From: Candidatus Moraniibacteriota bacterium
GTDB lineage: Bacteria; Patescibacteriota; Minisyncoccia; Moranbacterales; UBA1568
DNA: 64,000 bases
Direction: 5' to 3'
NCBI GenBank assembly: GCA_052034935.1
Contig: JBPOIB010000007.1
Location: 134-64,133, forward strand
In this document: positions 1-10,219 of the stretch, piece by piece
Position numbering within the stretch: the first letter of the stretch is position 1
Layout: each line of letters begins with the position of its first letter
The notes under the pieces: model-generated
Databases searched by the model: none
What the model saw: the letters and a program-made list of their open reading frames with translations, nothing else
What the model was told of the DNA's origin: nothing
Translations under genes and position numbers: made by a program

Positions 1-250
1 GGTCGACATATTTCTTGTCGCCCGCCGCAATGTTCACACCGATAGGGTTTGTAACGTTCGCCGCTGTCAAGGTCGGGCTCGTATCACAGAACAGGAGGAT
101 TGATGCCTGGAGAGAATGGATCTGGGACTTGTAAGCCGCAATCTGGGCCTTTTCACGGGCACCGGAGAGACTGACCAATACCACCGAGGCGAGAATACCA
201 ATGATCGCGATAACGATGAGGAGCTCGATCAAGGTGAAACCTTTGTATGT
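1..250 (-). CDS. Type IV pilin (prepilin), 5'-partial at window edge; N-terminus [26 protein letters not shown]
   Basis: Reverse-complement translation of 1-250 gives the class III signal/pilin motif KG|FTLIELL with Glu+5. A perfect SD (AAGGAGGTGA) lies 5 nt upstream of the ATG at 250. Not in the ORF track because it is truncated by the window edge. Confidence 0.85.
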
Positions 251-368
251 TTTATTCATATTCTCACCTCCTTTCTTTTTTGTATTTGTTTGTTCACGCA
301 CTTTTATTCTACACTCTTTTTCTGAACCCTGCGAGACGTTCTGTCAACCTAAACTCTGTAGAAATCAG

Positions 369-1586
369 TTAGATCTGCCCCGCGATATTGTAAATCGGAA
401 GCAGAATTCCTACCGTCAGAATACCGACGCCGATGCCGAGTACGACGATGAGAATCGGCTCGATCAGCGATGTCAGATTGCGGGTCATGACATCAACTTC
501 TTGGTCATAGAATTTCCCAATACCCCCGAGAACATGGGCCATCGTCCCCGTTTCCTCACCGATCCGCACCATCTGGGAAACAATCGGTGGAATTTCATCC
601 GGATAGCGGTCGAAGACGCCGCTCATCGCGCCGCCGGTCTTCACTTCTTCCGCCGCCTTCAGCATGATCTGGGCATAAATCGTATTGCCGATGACATCGC
701 TCGTGATGATGAGCGCCCGGACCACCGGAATGCCCCCGGCCATGAGCGCGGACAGGTTTTCAGAAAACCGAGTGATGAAGACGTTCTTAGCGAGTGTCTT
801 GAATACCGGCAGATAGAGAATGATGACATCTCGCTCATGCTTACCGCTCTCCGTATTAAAGTGAAAATAGAGACCGAAAGCCGCTGCCCCGAAAGCGAGC
901 AATATGGCCCACCAGTACTGATTCATGAAATCACTCAGATTGATGAGCATCGTCGTATACCACGGCACCGCAACCTTCATCTCCTTGATCAAGCCGGTAA
1001 TTCTCGGGAGGATGAAGGTAAGTACGAGAAAACCGATAGCACCAGCGACGAGGATGACGAAAAACGGATAGAAAAGAGCACCCTTTATCTTCGCCGTGAG
1101 ATGGTAGTTTTTCTCGATTGAATCCGCGACGAACTCAATCGAACGCTGCAGATTACCCGAGATCTCGCCGGCTCGGATGATATTGATCGTCATGACATCA
1201 AAGACTTTCGGGTGCTTTTCCAAAGCCTCCGAAAATGACATTCCGTCTTCGATATTGTCCTCGATCTCTTTAAGGATAAGCTTCAGGTATCGATTGTCGA
1301 TCTGTTCACTAATCGTCTTGAGTGAGGTGACCACCGGCACCCGGGCCTCGATCAAAGTCGCGAGCTGGCGGAAAATAATCATCAGCTCCTTCGGAGAGAC
1401 GCCTTCCCAGAGTTTCTGGATTTCCCGAAGATATCCTTGGATATTCCCCTTCTCCTCGGTCGTCACCTGGAGCGGGATGAGTCCGTTGCGCTGCAGGATA
1501 TCGATTGCTGCTTCCCGTGAAACAGCCTCAACCAGACCCTCCTTCAGATCACCGGCCTCGGTTTTTGCTTTAAAATTGAATTTCAT
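369..1586 (-). CDS. pilC: Type IV pilus assembly platform protein PilC (GspF family)
   Basis: 405 aa with two GspF-like repeats and three TM segments; sits in the pilus operon. Confidence 0.9.
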   Translation of the reverse strand: MKFNFKAKTEAGDLKEGLVEAVSREAAIDILQRNGLIPLQVTTEEKGNIQGYLREIQKLWEGVSPKELMIIFRQLATLIEARVPVVTSLKTISEQIDNRYLKLILKEIEDNIEDGMSFSEALEKHPKVFDVMTINIIRAGEISGNLQRSIEFVADSIEKNYHLTAKIKGALFYPFFVILVAGAIGFLVLTFILPRITGLIKEMKVAVPWYTTMLINLSDFMNQYWWAILLAFGAAAFGLYFHFNTESGKHERDVIILYLPVFKTLAKNVFITRFSENLSALMAGGIPVVRALIITSDVIGNTIYAQIMLKAAEEVKTGGAMSGVFDRYPDEIPPIVSQMVRIGEETGTMAHVLGGIGKFYDQEVDVMTRNLTSLIEPILIVVLGIGVGILTVGILLPIYNIAGQI

Positions 1587-1637
1587 ACCTTCATCTTCTC
1601 AAAATACCGGGCCACTGGACGCGCGAACGTAACCGGA

Positions 1638-2729
1638 CTATTCACTCTCTTTTCTCACGAGCATTGTGAAGTAGTCCTTATTCTTCGAATATGCGATCGC
1701 ATCATCGATTGAGACAACTCCCCGACGCACAAGATCAGCGAGCGATCGATCGAGCGAAATCATCCCCTCTTTCATACTCGTCTCAATCACCGAATCAAGC
1801 TGGTGGACCTTATTCTCCCGGATAAGGTTCTCGACGGCATGATTCTTGAACATGATCTCAACCGCCGGCACCCGACCGCCAGAAAGCTGTGGTAGAAGCC
1901 GTTGGGAAACGACACCGAGGAGCACGTTTGCCAGCTGGAGACGGATTTGGTTCTGCTGATGGGATGGGAAGACATCAATCACGCGGTCGATGGTCTGCGG
2001 GGCGTCGTTCGTGTGGAGCGTCGCAAAGATGAGATGGCCCGTTTCGGCCGCTGTCATCGCGGTCGAGATCGTATCGAGATCGCGGAGCTCGCCGAGGAGC
2101 ACAACATTTACGTCTTCACGCAGCACCGCCCGAAGGGCGACAGCGAAGGATTTTGAATCGCGGCCAACTTCTCGCTGATTGATGATGCACTGGTCCTGGT
2201 CGTAGACGAATTCGATCGGGTCTTCAATCGTGACGATATGCTTCTGCTGATTATGATTGATATAGTCGACGAGAGCCGCCAAGGTCGTCGACTTTCCATG
2301 ACCGACCGGACCCGTCATGAGCACCAGCCCCTGGGTCGCATTCGTAAAGTTGTAGAGAGAAGTCGGAACATTGAGGTCTTCGAGGGCCCGGATCTTGTTC
2401 ATCACGAACCGCATCGTGATTGAGACGTACCCCTTCTGATTGAACACATTGACACGGAACCTGGCTCGGTCCTCAAAGTTGTACGAGAGATCCGTCTGGC
2501 CACTCTCATCCAACTCACGCTTCTTTTCATCGGTGAGAATGATATCCGAAATCGCTTTCGTATCAGCCGGCGTCAGCATTTTCTCCTTGGAAATCGGGTG
2601 GAGCTTGCCGTTTATTCGGAGCGTCGGAAGGCGGCCGACGACGAAGTGAACATCCGACGCTCCCTGTTGTCCGACCAGAGTCAGGATGCTCTTTAAGCGG
2701 GCCTCGATCTCCAGTGATTGTGATTCCAT
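1638..2729 (-). CDS. pilT: Twitching motility / pilus retraction ATPase PilT
   Basis: 363 aa; Walker A GPVGHGKSTT; PilT/PilU family length. Confidence 0.9.
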   Translation of the reverse strand: MESQSLEIEARLKSILTLVGQQGASDVHFVVGRLPTLRINGKLHPISKEKMLTPADTKAISDIILTDEKKRELDESGQTDLSYNFEDRARFRVNVFNQKGYVSITMRFVMNKIRALEDLNVPTSLYNFTNATQGLVLMTGPVGHGKSTTLAALVDYINHNQQKHIVTIEDPIEFVYDQDQCIINQREVGRDSKSFAVALRAVLREDVNVVLLGELRDLDTISTAMTAAETGHLIFATLHTNDAPQTIDRVIDVFPSHQQNQIRLQLANVLLGVVSQRLLPQLSGGRVPAVEIMFKNHAVENLIRENKVHQLDSVIETSMKEGMISLDRSLADLVRRGVVSIDDAIAYSKNKDYFTMLVRKESE

Positions 2730-2783
2730 AGATATAAGTATCGATTTTGTTTCTCGCTCTTCACTCTAGCACGACCCCCGTAA

Positions 2784-4472
2784 TCAATCCTCATCAATAA
2801 GCGATCCCTCAGTGACGCGCTCCACCTCCGCAACAGTTGTAATCCCTTTGAGAACCTTGAGTATACCGTCGCCCTTCATCATCATCATTTTCTGACGTAC
2901 CGCTTCGGTCATAAGTTCATGTTCACTCGCCGCTTTGTCCGTGATGATTATTTTAGCCTCATCCGTCACTTCGAAAACTTCGTAGATAGCAATCCGCCCT
3001 CGGTAACCAGTATTGCCGCACTGGTCGCACCCCTTGCCCTGGTATGCCTTGACCGGATCTTGCTTGCTCAGTTCATACGCTGCCAGTTCCTCGTCAGCGA
3101 CGGCTGAACGCATGGATTCTATCTTCTTCAGCATACCGGGAGTGAGCACCGCTTCTTCTTTACAGTTTTCACAAATCCGACGCACCAGCCGCTGGGCCGC
3201 AAGCGCCTGAATCGATGACGCGAGAAGAAAGGGTTCTGCTCCCATATCGATGAGACGGGGCAGACCTTTGATCGCGTCATTCGTATGAAGCGTCGAGAGG
3301 ACGAGGTGACCAGTTAAAGCTGCATGAATGGCCAATTCACCAGTCTCCTCGTCGCGAATCTCACCGACCATGATGACGTTCGGGTCTTGGCGGAGAATAG
3401 AGCGGAGTCCATCAGCGAAATTATAGCCGATTTCCGGGCGGATCTGGCTCTGGTTCACGCCTTCCATAAAATACTCCACTGGGTCTTCAAGCGTAATAAT
3501 ATTGCGCTCCTCCTGATTGAGAATCTGGAGAAAAGCGTAGAGGGTTGTGGACTTACCGGAGCCCGTCGGCCCGGTAATGAGAATAATTCCATACGGCTCG
3601 CGGATTTTTGTCGTCAACACCTCACGGTTGCGCCCCCAGAGGCCGAGCTTGTCGAGATCGGCCATATTGTTCGATTTGTCGAGGATACGCATCACTACTT
3701 TCTCACCCTCAATCACCGGAAGCGATGAGACACGAAGGTCGACCGTCTTGCTCTCAGTCTCGACCCGGAAACGACCGTCTTGCGGCTTCCGTTTCTCATC
3801 GATCTTCAGGTTGGCGAGAATCTTGATGCGAGAAATGACCGCTCGCCCGACATCACCAGGAAAAACGAGCGAGGCCTTGAGAAGACCATCGATACGGAAT
3901 CGGACGCGGTACTCGCCATCGATCGGCTCGATATGGATATCGCTCGCGCGCCCTTCGAGTGCATGCTTCACGATGACGTCAACAAGCTTAGCGATTGGCG
4001 CATCTTGGAGAATTTCCGGGGATCGATTGTTCACTTTTTTCTCCTCCCGGACCTCGATGGCAGCGTCTTGGTCGGCCTTGAGCGATACCATCGCTTCTTC
4101 CAATGCCTGGTCGGCACCCGAATACAATTTCATGAGCTCGACATAGGACTCTTTCGGGATGAGATAGACTTCAATTCCAACCCGCTCTTTTTCTGCAAGA
4201 AATCGCAGCACATTGAGCGCATCAAAATCTTGAGGGTCGACCATCGCCACCGAGAGCACTCCCTCCCTGCGATCAAAAATGAGCATCTGATACTTGCGAG
4301 CCGTCTCCTCCTGCATGATGGAAAGCGTCTTCTTATCAATCACCTGGGGAATAGGATCAAGTAAAGGTACGCCAAGACTAGCAGCCAGGGCGGCCGGATC
4401 TTGCACAACCGCCGGATCCACCTCCTGCTCTTGTCGGCTCGCGGAAGAAGGTATTGTTGACTCTTCGGGCAT
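2784..4472 (-). CDS. pilB: Type IV pilus assembly ATPase PilB (GspE family)
   Basis: 562 aa; Walker A GPTGSGKSTT; C-terminal tetra-Cys CxxC...CxxC zinc motif; N-terminal GspE-N domain. Confidence 0.9.
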   Translation of the reverse strand: MPEESTIPSSASRQEQEVDPAVVQDPAALAASLGVPLLDPIPQVIDKKTLSIMQEETARKYQMLIFDRREGVLSVAMVDPQDFDALNVLRFLAEKERVGIEVYLIPKESYVELMKLYSGADQALEEAMVSLKADQDAAIEVREEKKVNNRSPEILQDAPIAKLVDVIVKHALEGRASDIHIEPIDGEYRVRFRIDGLLKASLVFPGDVGRAVISRIKILANLKIDEKRKPQDGRFRVETESKTVDLRVSSLPVIEGEKVVMRILDKSNNMADLDKLGLWGRNREVLTTKIREPYGIILITGPTGSGKSTTLYAFLQILNQEERNIITLEDPVEYFMEGVNQSQIRPEIGYNFADGLRSILRQDPNVIMVGEIRDEETGELAIHAALTGHLVLSTLHTNDAIKGLPRLIDMGAEPFLLASSIQALAAQRLVRRICENCKEEAVLTPGMLKKIESMRSAVADEELAAYELSKQDPVKAYQGKGCDQCGNTGYRGRIAIYEVFEVTDEAKIIITDKAASEHELMTEAVRQKMMMMKGDGILKVLKGITTVAEVERVTEGSLIDED

Positions 4473-4486
4473 GATAAAAGAAAAAC

Positions 4487-5269
4487 TTACTCAAACGGAT
4501 TGATTTTTCCTGTTCCACCAGTCTCAAGCGGTGGAAGTGGGGTCGTAACGAACGTGATCAGACTATCCGCTGCTTTAAAATCAAACTCTGACGATTGAAA
4601 CAGTGGGATATTGAGCGCATTCGCCACCTGTTTTTCTTTAATGTATTGGAAATCAGCTGTCATTGACCCAGTAAGAAATACTGACTCGGCCGGTTCTGGC
4701 GACGCACCCTCAGTCTCCGCTCCTGCCTGCTCATCTTCCTGATAGGTAATAGAAAACTCTTTTGTCGTATGGAGTCGGTCCGACTGATACACGAGCCTGA
4801 AAAAATCTTTGATATTCTGGTACGCCCCAAACACCGAAACCTCGACTTCATAGCTCTCTGGCGGTTCCGGTGGAGCCTCTGGCACAAGCTCTAGTTCGCT
4901 ACCATCCTCCGGGACGGCAACGCTCTCCATCACTGTAATAACCTGCTCATTCTTGGTGATATTCAGGGCAGTGACTATCAATCCGGATTTCTGAGCAAGA
5001 TAGTTCAGCATATCAACGACGCGCTCTTCATCAAGCGTTTTCGGATAGTACCGCTCGATGAAAGCGACTGTATCACTACGACTCTCCAATGCCTGGCCCA
5101 CAGCAGTGATGTTCGCCGCAACGGAGTCGACTCGCGAGAGAGCGTCTTTTTGAAGGGATATCTCGCTCTGTTTCGTCGTAATCTCATCAATATTCGGCTT
5201 AATGTAGCTGATAGCCAAAATCAGTTCGATGATGATGAATGTCGGGAGAATGAGTATTTTGAGCCTCAT
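4487..5269 (-). CDS. pilO: PilO-like pilus assembly protein (N-terminal TM + coiled coil)
   Basis: Operon position after pilN; single N-terminal TM helix followed by a coiled-coil region. Confidence 0.6.
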   Translation of the reverse strand: MRLKILILPTFIIIELILAISYIKPNIDEITTKQSEISLQKDALSRVDSVAANITAVGQALESRSDTVAFIERYYPKTLDEERVVDMLNYLAQKSGLIVTALNITKNEQVITVMESVAVPEDGSELELVPEAPPEPPESYEVEVSVFGAYQNIKDFFRLVYQSDRLHTTKEFSITYQEDEQAGAETEGASPEPAESVFLTGSMTADFQYIKEKQVANALNIPLFQSSEFDFKAADSLITFVTTPLPPLETGGTGKINPFE

Positions 5270-5275
5270 ATGAAA

Positions 5276-5899
5276 CTAGCTTTCAGTTGATGCATCCGAA
5301 GACGAGATTATACGCTGCAAGCTGAGTTCGAATTCGATTTTCTTCGTCTCTTTATCGTACCCCACCTCTTCGACATGGACTGACGCTACGCTTTCGAGAT
5401 TCTTGAAGGCGAGCATCTGCTGAGCCAGATAACGGAAGCTGTCCGTAATCCCCACAATGGCAATCGATTGCTCTGCTTCAATCTGCCGATACTCTCTGAT
5501 CTGAATGGTATTCAGCGTGGCACGTTCCAAATCGGAAAAAGCTGCCTGAGGATCGGGATTCACCGCCTGATTTCTCGTAGCCGTATCGATCCGTTCACGG
5601 ATATCGACCGACCGGTTCACTCCGGGGCCATTAAGCGTAGCTGTTTTTTCGGCCGAGCTCGCCTGAAGCGATGCCAGCTCATCCTGCAGTCCGCCGAGAT
5701 ACCAGACCGACCCACCGTATACTCCGATAATAAGAATCAGGACACTGAGATTAATGAAAAATCCCCGGTCAAAGAACTTACCCCGAGCCAGGGCCTGCTT
5801 TTCTTGAATTGACTGCGAAAGATTGATACTACCCATGGATCTTTGGCTTTGTTTTTGTGTTGCAAGAGAGATGCTTCCTGATTCAGGAAGACTCTCCAA
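5276..5899 (-). CDS. pilN: PilN-like pilus assembly protein
   Basis: Short cytoplasmic N-terminus, one TM helix, coiled coil; overlaps the pilM 3' end by 17 nt. Confidence 0.6.
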   Translation of the reverse strand: MESLPESGSISLATQKQSQRSMGSINLSQSIQEKQALARGKFFDRGFFINLSVLILIIGVYGGSVWYLGGLQDELASLQASSAEKTATLNGPGVNRSVDIRERIDTATRNQAVNPDPQAAFSDLERATLNTIQIREYRQIEAEQSIAIVGITDSFRYLAQQMLAFKNLESVASVHVEEVGYDKETKKIEFELSLQRIISSSDASTES

Positions 5900-7049
5900 T
5901 CGGCTTTTTGAGCTGCTGGAGCAAGCGCTCCCAACGATTTCCTGTCGGTGGCGCGGTGCTTATCGATTTTTTCTCGTTTTTATGAATTCCTTGATTCGCC
6001 CCTTGAAGCGCCAGGCCGAGCGCGACAGAGAATGAAGTTCCCATGCGCTCGATAGCCGCTTCAAGTTCGACCGGATAGATGACTCGCTGCCAAGGATTGC
6101 CGATACCGACGGGCAGTCCGATCATATTCTGATAATAGGTCGCGAGACCTGAAAGCCGGGCCGTACCACCCGAAAGGATTATACCACTGATCGGGCGGTC
6201 CGGATGCTTCGACTGATGGATTGCTATGATACGCTGCATTTCCGAACCGATCACTTCAAGTCCTGGAAAGATAAGTTTTGTCTCCTCGGAATTCAGATAG
6301 TCATTTTCGCTCTTTTTCAACACCTCGGCGCGATCCAAAGCGATATTCAGCCCCTCTGATAAAGTCCGCGTAACATCCCGTCCGCCGACATCAAGATTCC
6401 GGCTGATTTTTACCAGGCCATTCTCCACCAGGACCAGGTTCGTAGCGCGCGAGCCGATATCCGCGACAAGGTATACCCCTTCATCACCGTCAATCACCGA
6501 ACGGACAAGGGAAAAGGTCTCAAGTTCGAGAAGCTGCATCGTATATTCAATCGACTGAATATAACTCTCATACCGCTCGACTTCCTTATTCAAGGCAGCA
6601 ACGAGTAGCACCTCCACCTTTCCCGGTCCCGATACCGTTCCATCCGGATTCGCTGATACCGTTTCACCGACAATCTCCCAGGACAGTGCCACTTCTTCGA
6701 GCGGCGATGGGATGTACTTGTGCGCTTCGAACTGAATCGCTTCTTCCAACTCCTTTTCGCTCATCTTGGGGAATTCGACGAGTGCAACGAGCCCGATAAA
6801 GGCTGGCATCGCCACGTAAACCTCTTTCGTTTTCGGTTGAAGGCGCTGGAGAAGCGCCCGCAGATGTGTCGTCACCCGGGCATCATAGCCACCAAGGTCC
6901 TGGGCCGACTCTTTTTCGAGCCCAACCAGGTTGATTTCGGCGTAATTCTCAAGGAAAATCTGATCCTTCTCGATACGGAGTTCGACCGCCTTGAGAGAAG
7001 ACGTGCCGAAATCGATGCCTAAAAAAGTCGGTTTTTTTAATCCGAACAT
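5883..7049 (-). CDS. pilM: Type IV pilus assembly protein PilM (actin-like ATPase fold)
   Basis: 388 aa; N-terminal GIDFGTSSLK actin-fold phosphate-binding motif. Confidence 0.85.
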   Translation of the reverse strand: MFGLKKPTFLGIDFGTSSLKAVELRIEKDQIFLENYAEINLVGLEKESAQDLGGYDARVTTHLRALLQRLQPKTKEVYVAMPAFIGLVALVEFPKMSEKELEEAIQFEAHKYIPSPLEEVALSWEIVGETVSANPDGTVSGPGKVEVLLVAALNKEVERYESYIQSIEYTMQLLELETFSLVRSVIDGDEGVYLVADIGSRATNLVLVENGLVKISRNLDVGGRDVTRTLSEGLNIALDRAEVLKKSENDYLNSEETKLIFPGLEVIGSEMQRIIAIHQSKHPDRPISGIILSGGTARLSGLATYYQNMIGLPVGIGNPWQRVIYPVELEAAIERMGTSFSVALGLALQGANQGIHKNEKKSISTAPPTGNRWERLLQQLKKPIGESS

Positions 7050-7162
7050 GTGATTTTATTTCATAGTCACTATACCATAATCTCCGGCACGGCTGAAAGA
7101 TTTTTCCGTTCCGATTTCAAAACGAGTGGTATACTACAGAAAAAGAAATATCTACTTCAATT

Positions 7163-7624
7163 ATGCGGATTTCCCTTCTCCTCTTTTTCTCGCTCTTTAC
7201 GATTTTTACTTCCGTGCTCTGGGCGCTGCCAGCTGCCGAAGTCCAGGCTGGTATCATCCCCTGCGGCCTCACAAAGGATGACCCTGCACTGGACGGGGAC
7301 CAGACAGTGAAATGCACCCTCTGCCATCTCGTCGTGGGCGTGAACAATATCATCATCCTGCTCCGGAATATCATGACGGCGCTCGCGATCGTGGTGATCG
7401 TAGCGATGGCTTTCGTCTACATCACGTCCGCTGGCGACGAGGGCCGCATGCGCTTTGCCAAGGAGGGTATCACCGCCGCGCTTATTGGCTTCGCCATCAT
7501 CCTCTTGGCCTGGCTCGCGGTGAACTTCGTTCTCACTCTGCCTATCTTCAATACCGGGCCCGACCGGCTGATCCGGGTCGACTGGCAAAAGATCCAGTGC
7601 AACACCGATTCGCTCGCCAAGTAA
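7163..7624 (+). CDS. Hypothetical exported Cys-containing protein with two C-terminal hydrophobic helices (VirB2/TrbC-like topology)
   Basis: Signal peptide MRISLLLFFSLFTIFTSVLWALPAAEVQA; a C-x16-C-x2-C region; then two TM helices; divergent from pilM. Confidence 0.45.
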   Translation: MRISLLLFFSLFTIFTSVLWALPAAEVQAGIIPCGLTKDDPALDGDQTVKCTLCHLVVGVNNIIILLRNIMTALAIVVIVAMAFVYITSAGDEGRMRFAKEGITAALIGFAIILLAWLAVNFVLTLPIFNTGPDRLIRVDWQKIQCNTDSLAK

Positions 7625-7685
7625 GGGACAGTTCCTGGTCGGTTTTTCGATACCAAACACCTTCCGAAACTGATCTCGAACTCCG

Positions 7686-7714
7686 TTGACATCCCCCCTC
7701 TCCAGCTCTACAAT
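7686..7714 (+). promoter_or_regulatory. Sigma-70 consensus promoter of clpC (TTGACA-17nt-TACAAT)
   Basis: TTGACA at 7686-7691, 17-nt spacer, TACAAT at 7709-7714; the predicted TSS is about 6 nt before the ATG at 7727. Confidence 0.6.
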
Positions 7715-7726
7715 TGGGTGTACTCT

Positions 7727-10219
7727 ATGCTCTCACCCACCTTCGACAGCAAGCTCTCCGCTCACGCCCGGCACGTCCTCAAAGAGGCCCGGGATATCGC
7801 TCGTTACACCCATGCCGAGACCATCGAGCCACGCCATCTCCTCCTCGCACTCTCGCTCGAACAAGGAGGGCTTGGCAGCATCATCCTCGAAAATATCGGC
7901 TTCAAAAAAGATGCCGTCGGCAAGCTCTGCCTTAAAAAAGACACTCGAACAAAGAAAAAGTCAGCTGCTGACTATTCGCCCGCACTCTCGGATGCGGTCC
8001 AGGTCATTTTGAAACGAAGCTACGTGCTCGCCAAAGAGCATGGTTATCCTTACGTCGGGACCGAGCACCTCGTTGCCGCGCTCCTGGAAAGCAACGATGC
8101 GACCCTCACTGAAATCATCCGGGCGCTTGACGTTGATGAAGAAAAAATCCAAAGCGCGCTCGAGACACATCTGCGCTTTGAGCACTTCCCCGAACTCGCC
8201 AAGATGTTCGATCTGCCCGACTTTAGTCTTGGTGAGCGACGACAGCCGAGCCGAGATACAAATCTTTCTTTCCTGGAGCAGTATACGATTGATTTAGCTG
8301 AACAGGCCGAGCAGGACGACCGTCAGTTCGTCGGTCGCGAACGGGAGCTCGAGCGGCTCATGCACATTCTCGGCCGCAAGGAGAAAAATAATGCTATCCT
8401 CGTCGGCGATCCGGGCGTCGGCAAAACCGCGCTTGTTACTGCTCTCGCGCTCCGGATGGAGAAAGGACTCGCGGGGCCGATTCTCTCCGGCAAACGTATC
8501 CGCTCACTGGATCTAGCGCTCCTCGTCGCTGGGACCAGTTTCCGCGGCGAATTCGAGAACCGGGTAAAGGAGCTTTTGGCCGAAACACGCGAGCATCCCG
8601 ATATCATCCTCTTCATCGACGAGATCCACACACTCATCGGAACCGGCAATACTCAGGGTGGTCTCGACGCAGCCAATATCCTGAAACCGGCCTTGGCACG
8701 CGGTGAAATCCAGGTAATCGGAGCGACAACCTTCACTGAATTCAAACGGCATTTCGAAAAAGACGCGGCGCTTGAGCGGCGTTTCCAACCGCTCGCGCTG
8801 GCCGAGCCATCCGCCGAGGAAGCACTCCACATCCTGGAACATGCCCGGCCATCGTATGAGGCCTTCCACGGACTTTCAATCGGATCCGATGCGCTTCATG
8901 CAGCGGTCGACTTATCGCTCCGCTATGTTCCCGACCGCTTCTTGCCGGATAAGGCACTCGACCTCCTCGACGAGGCTGCCTCCCTCGTCCGCCACCAGAG
9001 CGCCTGGCACGGACAGAAGGACTTCTCTTTACTCCTGGCGCTCGAGCGGGAATTTGACCGCGGCTCAGAAGAACAGGAGGAGCTCATTGCAAAAGGTGAG
9101 TATGAGCAGGCAGCCCGCATAAAAAAGTTGCAAAGCGTGACAGAGAAACGCATTGAGGAGATTGGCCACTCCCTGTCGAAGGAATCCGGTACGAAACGGC
9201 CGAAAGTCACTCGCGATGAGATCCTCCATATCATCTCGAAAACGACGGGCATCCCTTTCGCTCGGCTCTCGCGTGATACTCCCGGTGAGCGCATCGAACG
9301 AGCGCGCCAAGCGCTTGCCGCTCGCGTAATCGGACAGGAAGAAGCAAAAGTGAAAATTCTCTCGACTCTGACCCGTTCTGTCTCTGGCGTCAACGACCCG
9401 AATCGGCCGCTCGGCTCATTTCTCTTTCTCGGTCCTACCGGCGTCGGCAAAACCCATCTCGCCAAAGTACTGGCCGAGGAATTCTTCGGCGACGAGAAGG
9501 CGCTCATCCGGCTCGACATGAGCGAATTCATGGAGCGCCACTCGGTCGCCCAGATCATCGGTGCACCGGCCGGCTATGTCGGCTACGGTGAAGGTGGCAA
9601 ACTGACCGAGGCTGTCCGTCGAAGGCCGTATGCCGTCATCCTCTTCGACGAGATTGAAAAGGCTCATCCTGATGTCTTCAATATCCTTCTCCAGATCCTC
9701 GATGAAGGACTCCTGACCGATGCTGAGGGCCGCCGGGTTTCTTTCAAGCATACGCTCATCATCCTCACTTCGAATATCGGTACGGCAAGCTTTACTCAAT
9801 CGGCCAAGGTCGGGTTCGCCGAAGCGACTCCCGGCCGCGTGCTCCGGGCTGAGTTCGAAGCAATCAAACGTGAAGTCCTTGAGGAGCTGAAGAAGGAGAT
9901 GCGCCCTGAACTCCTCGGACGTCTCGACCAGACGATTGTCTTCGAAGCGCTTGATGCAAAAGCGATCAAAGCGATTGCTGCGCTCGAGCTCGAGCGCCTC
10001 AAGAAGCGGCTCGCCGAGCAGCATATCAGCCTGACCGTACCGTCCGCGATCGTCAATTGGATTGCTGCCAAAAGTTTCTCTCCTGAACAAGGCGCGCGAC
10101 TCGTCCGAAAGAACATCCAGGAATACGTCGAATCGGTCCTCGCCGAAAAGCTCGTCGCCAAACGGCTGCCGAAAAAGCTCGTTTTGTCGCTCCGCCATGA
10201 CGCCGTCCTCGCCCGCTAA
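7727..10219 (+). CDS. clpC: ATP-dependent Clp protease ATP-binding subunit ClpC (class I AAA+, two NBDs, UVR-like motif)
   Basis: Clp_N repeats; NBD1 Walker A GDPGVGKT; NBD2 Walker A GPTGVGKT; UVR-like KGEYEQAARIKKLQ. The ORF track starts at GTG 7718; ATG 7727 is preferred because the -10 box lies at 7709-7714. Confidence 0.9.
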   Translation: MLSPTFDSKLSAHARHVLKEARDIARYTHAETIEPRHLLLALSLEQGGLGSIILENIGFKKDAVGKLCLKKDTRTKKKSAADYSPALSDAVQVILKRSYVLAKEHGYPYVGTEHLVAALLESNDATLTEIIRALDVDEEKIQSALETHLRFEHFPELAKMFDLPDFSLGERRQPSRDTNLSFLEQYTIDLAEQAEQDDRQFVGRERELERLMHILGRKEKNNAILVGDPGVGKTALVTALALRMEKGLAGPILSGKRIRSLDLALLVAGTSFRGEFENRVKELLAETREHPDIILFIDEIHTLIGTGNTQGGLDAANILKPALARGEIQVIGATTFTEFKRHFEKDAALERRFQPLALAEPSAEEALHILEHARPSYEAFHGLSIGSDALHAAVDLSLRYVPDRFLPDKALDLLDEAASLVRHQSAWHGQKDFSLLLALEREFDRGSEEQEELIAKGEYEQAARIKKLQSVTEKRIEEIGHSLSKESGTKRPKVTRDEILHIISKTTGIPFARLSRDTPGERIERARQALAARVIGQEEAKVKILSTLTRSVSGVNDPNRPLGSFLFLGPTGVGKTHLAKVLAEEFFGDEKALIRLDMSEFMERHSVAQIIGAPAGYVGYGEGGKLTEAVRRRPYAVILFDEIEKAHPDVFNILLQILDEGLLTDAEGRRVSFKHTLIILTSNIGTASFTQSAKVGFAEATPGRVLRAEFEAIKREVLEELKKEMRPELLGRLDQTIVFEALDAKAIKAIAALELERLKKRLAEQHISLTVPSAIVNWIAAKSFSPEQGARLVRKNIQEYVESVLAEKLVAKRLPKKLVLSLRHDAVLAR

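Noticed and set aside
201-1632. Plus-strand ORFs 201-1121 (306 aa) and 1177-1632 (151 aa)
   Set aside because: Antisense to pilC and the pilin gene; low-complexity translations; no start context. The minus-strand genes are strongly supported.
7157-7692. Minus-strand ORFs 7157-7660 and 7417-7692, and plus-strand ORF 7312-7689
   Set aside because: Overlap the better-supported 7163-7624 signal-peptide ORF; Arg/His-rich shadow frames.
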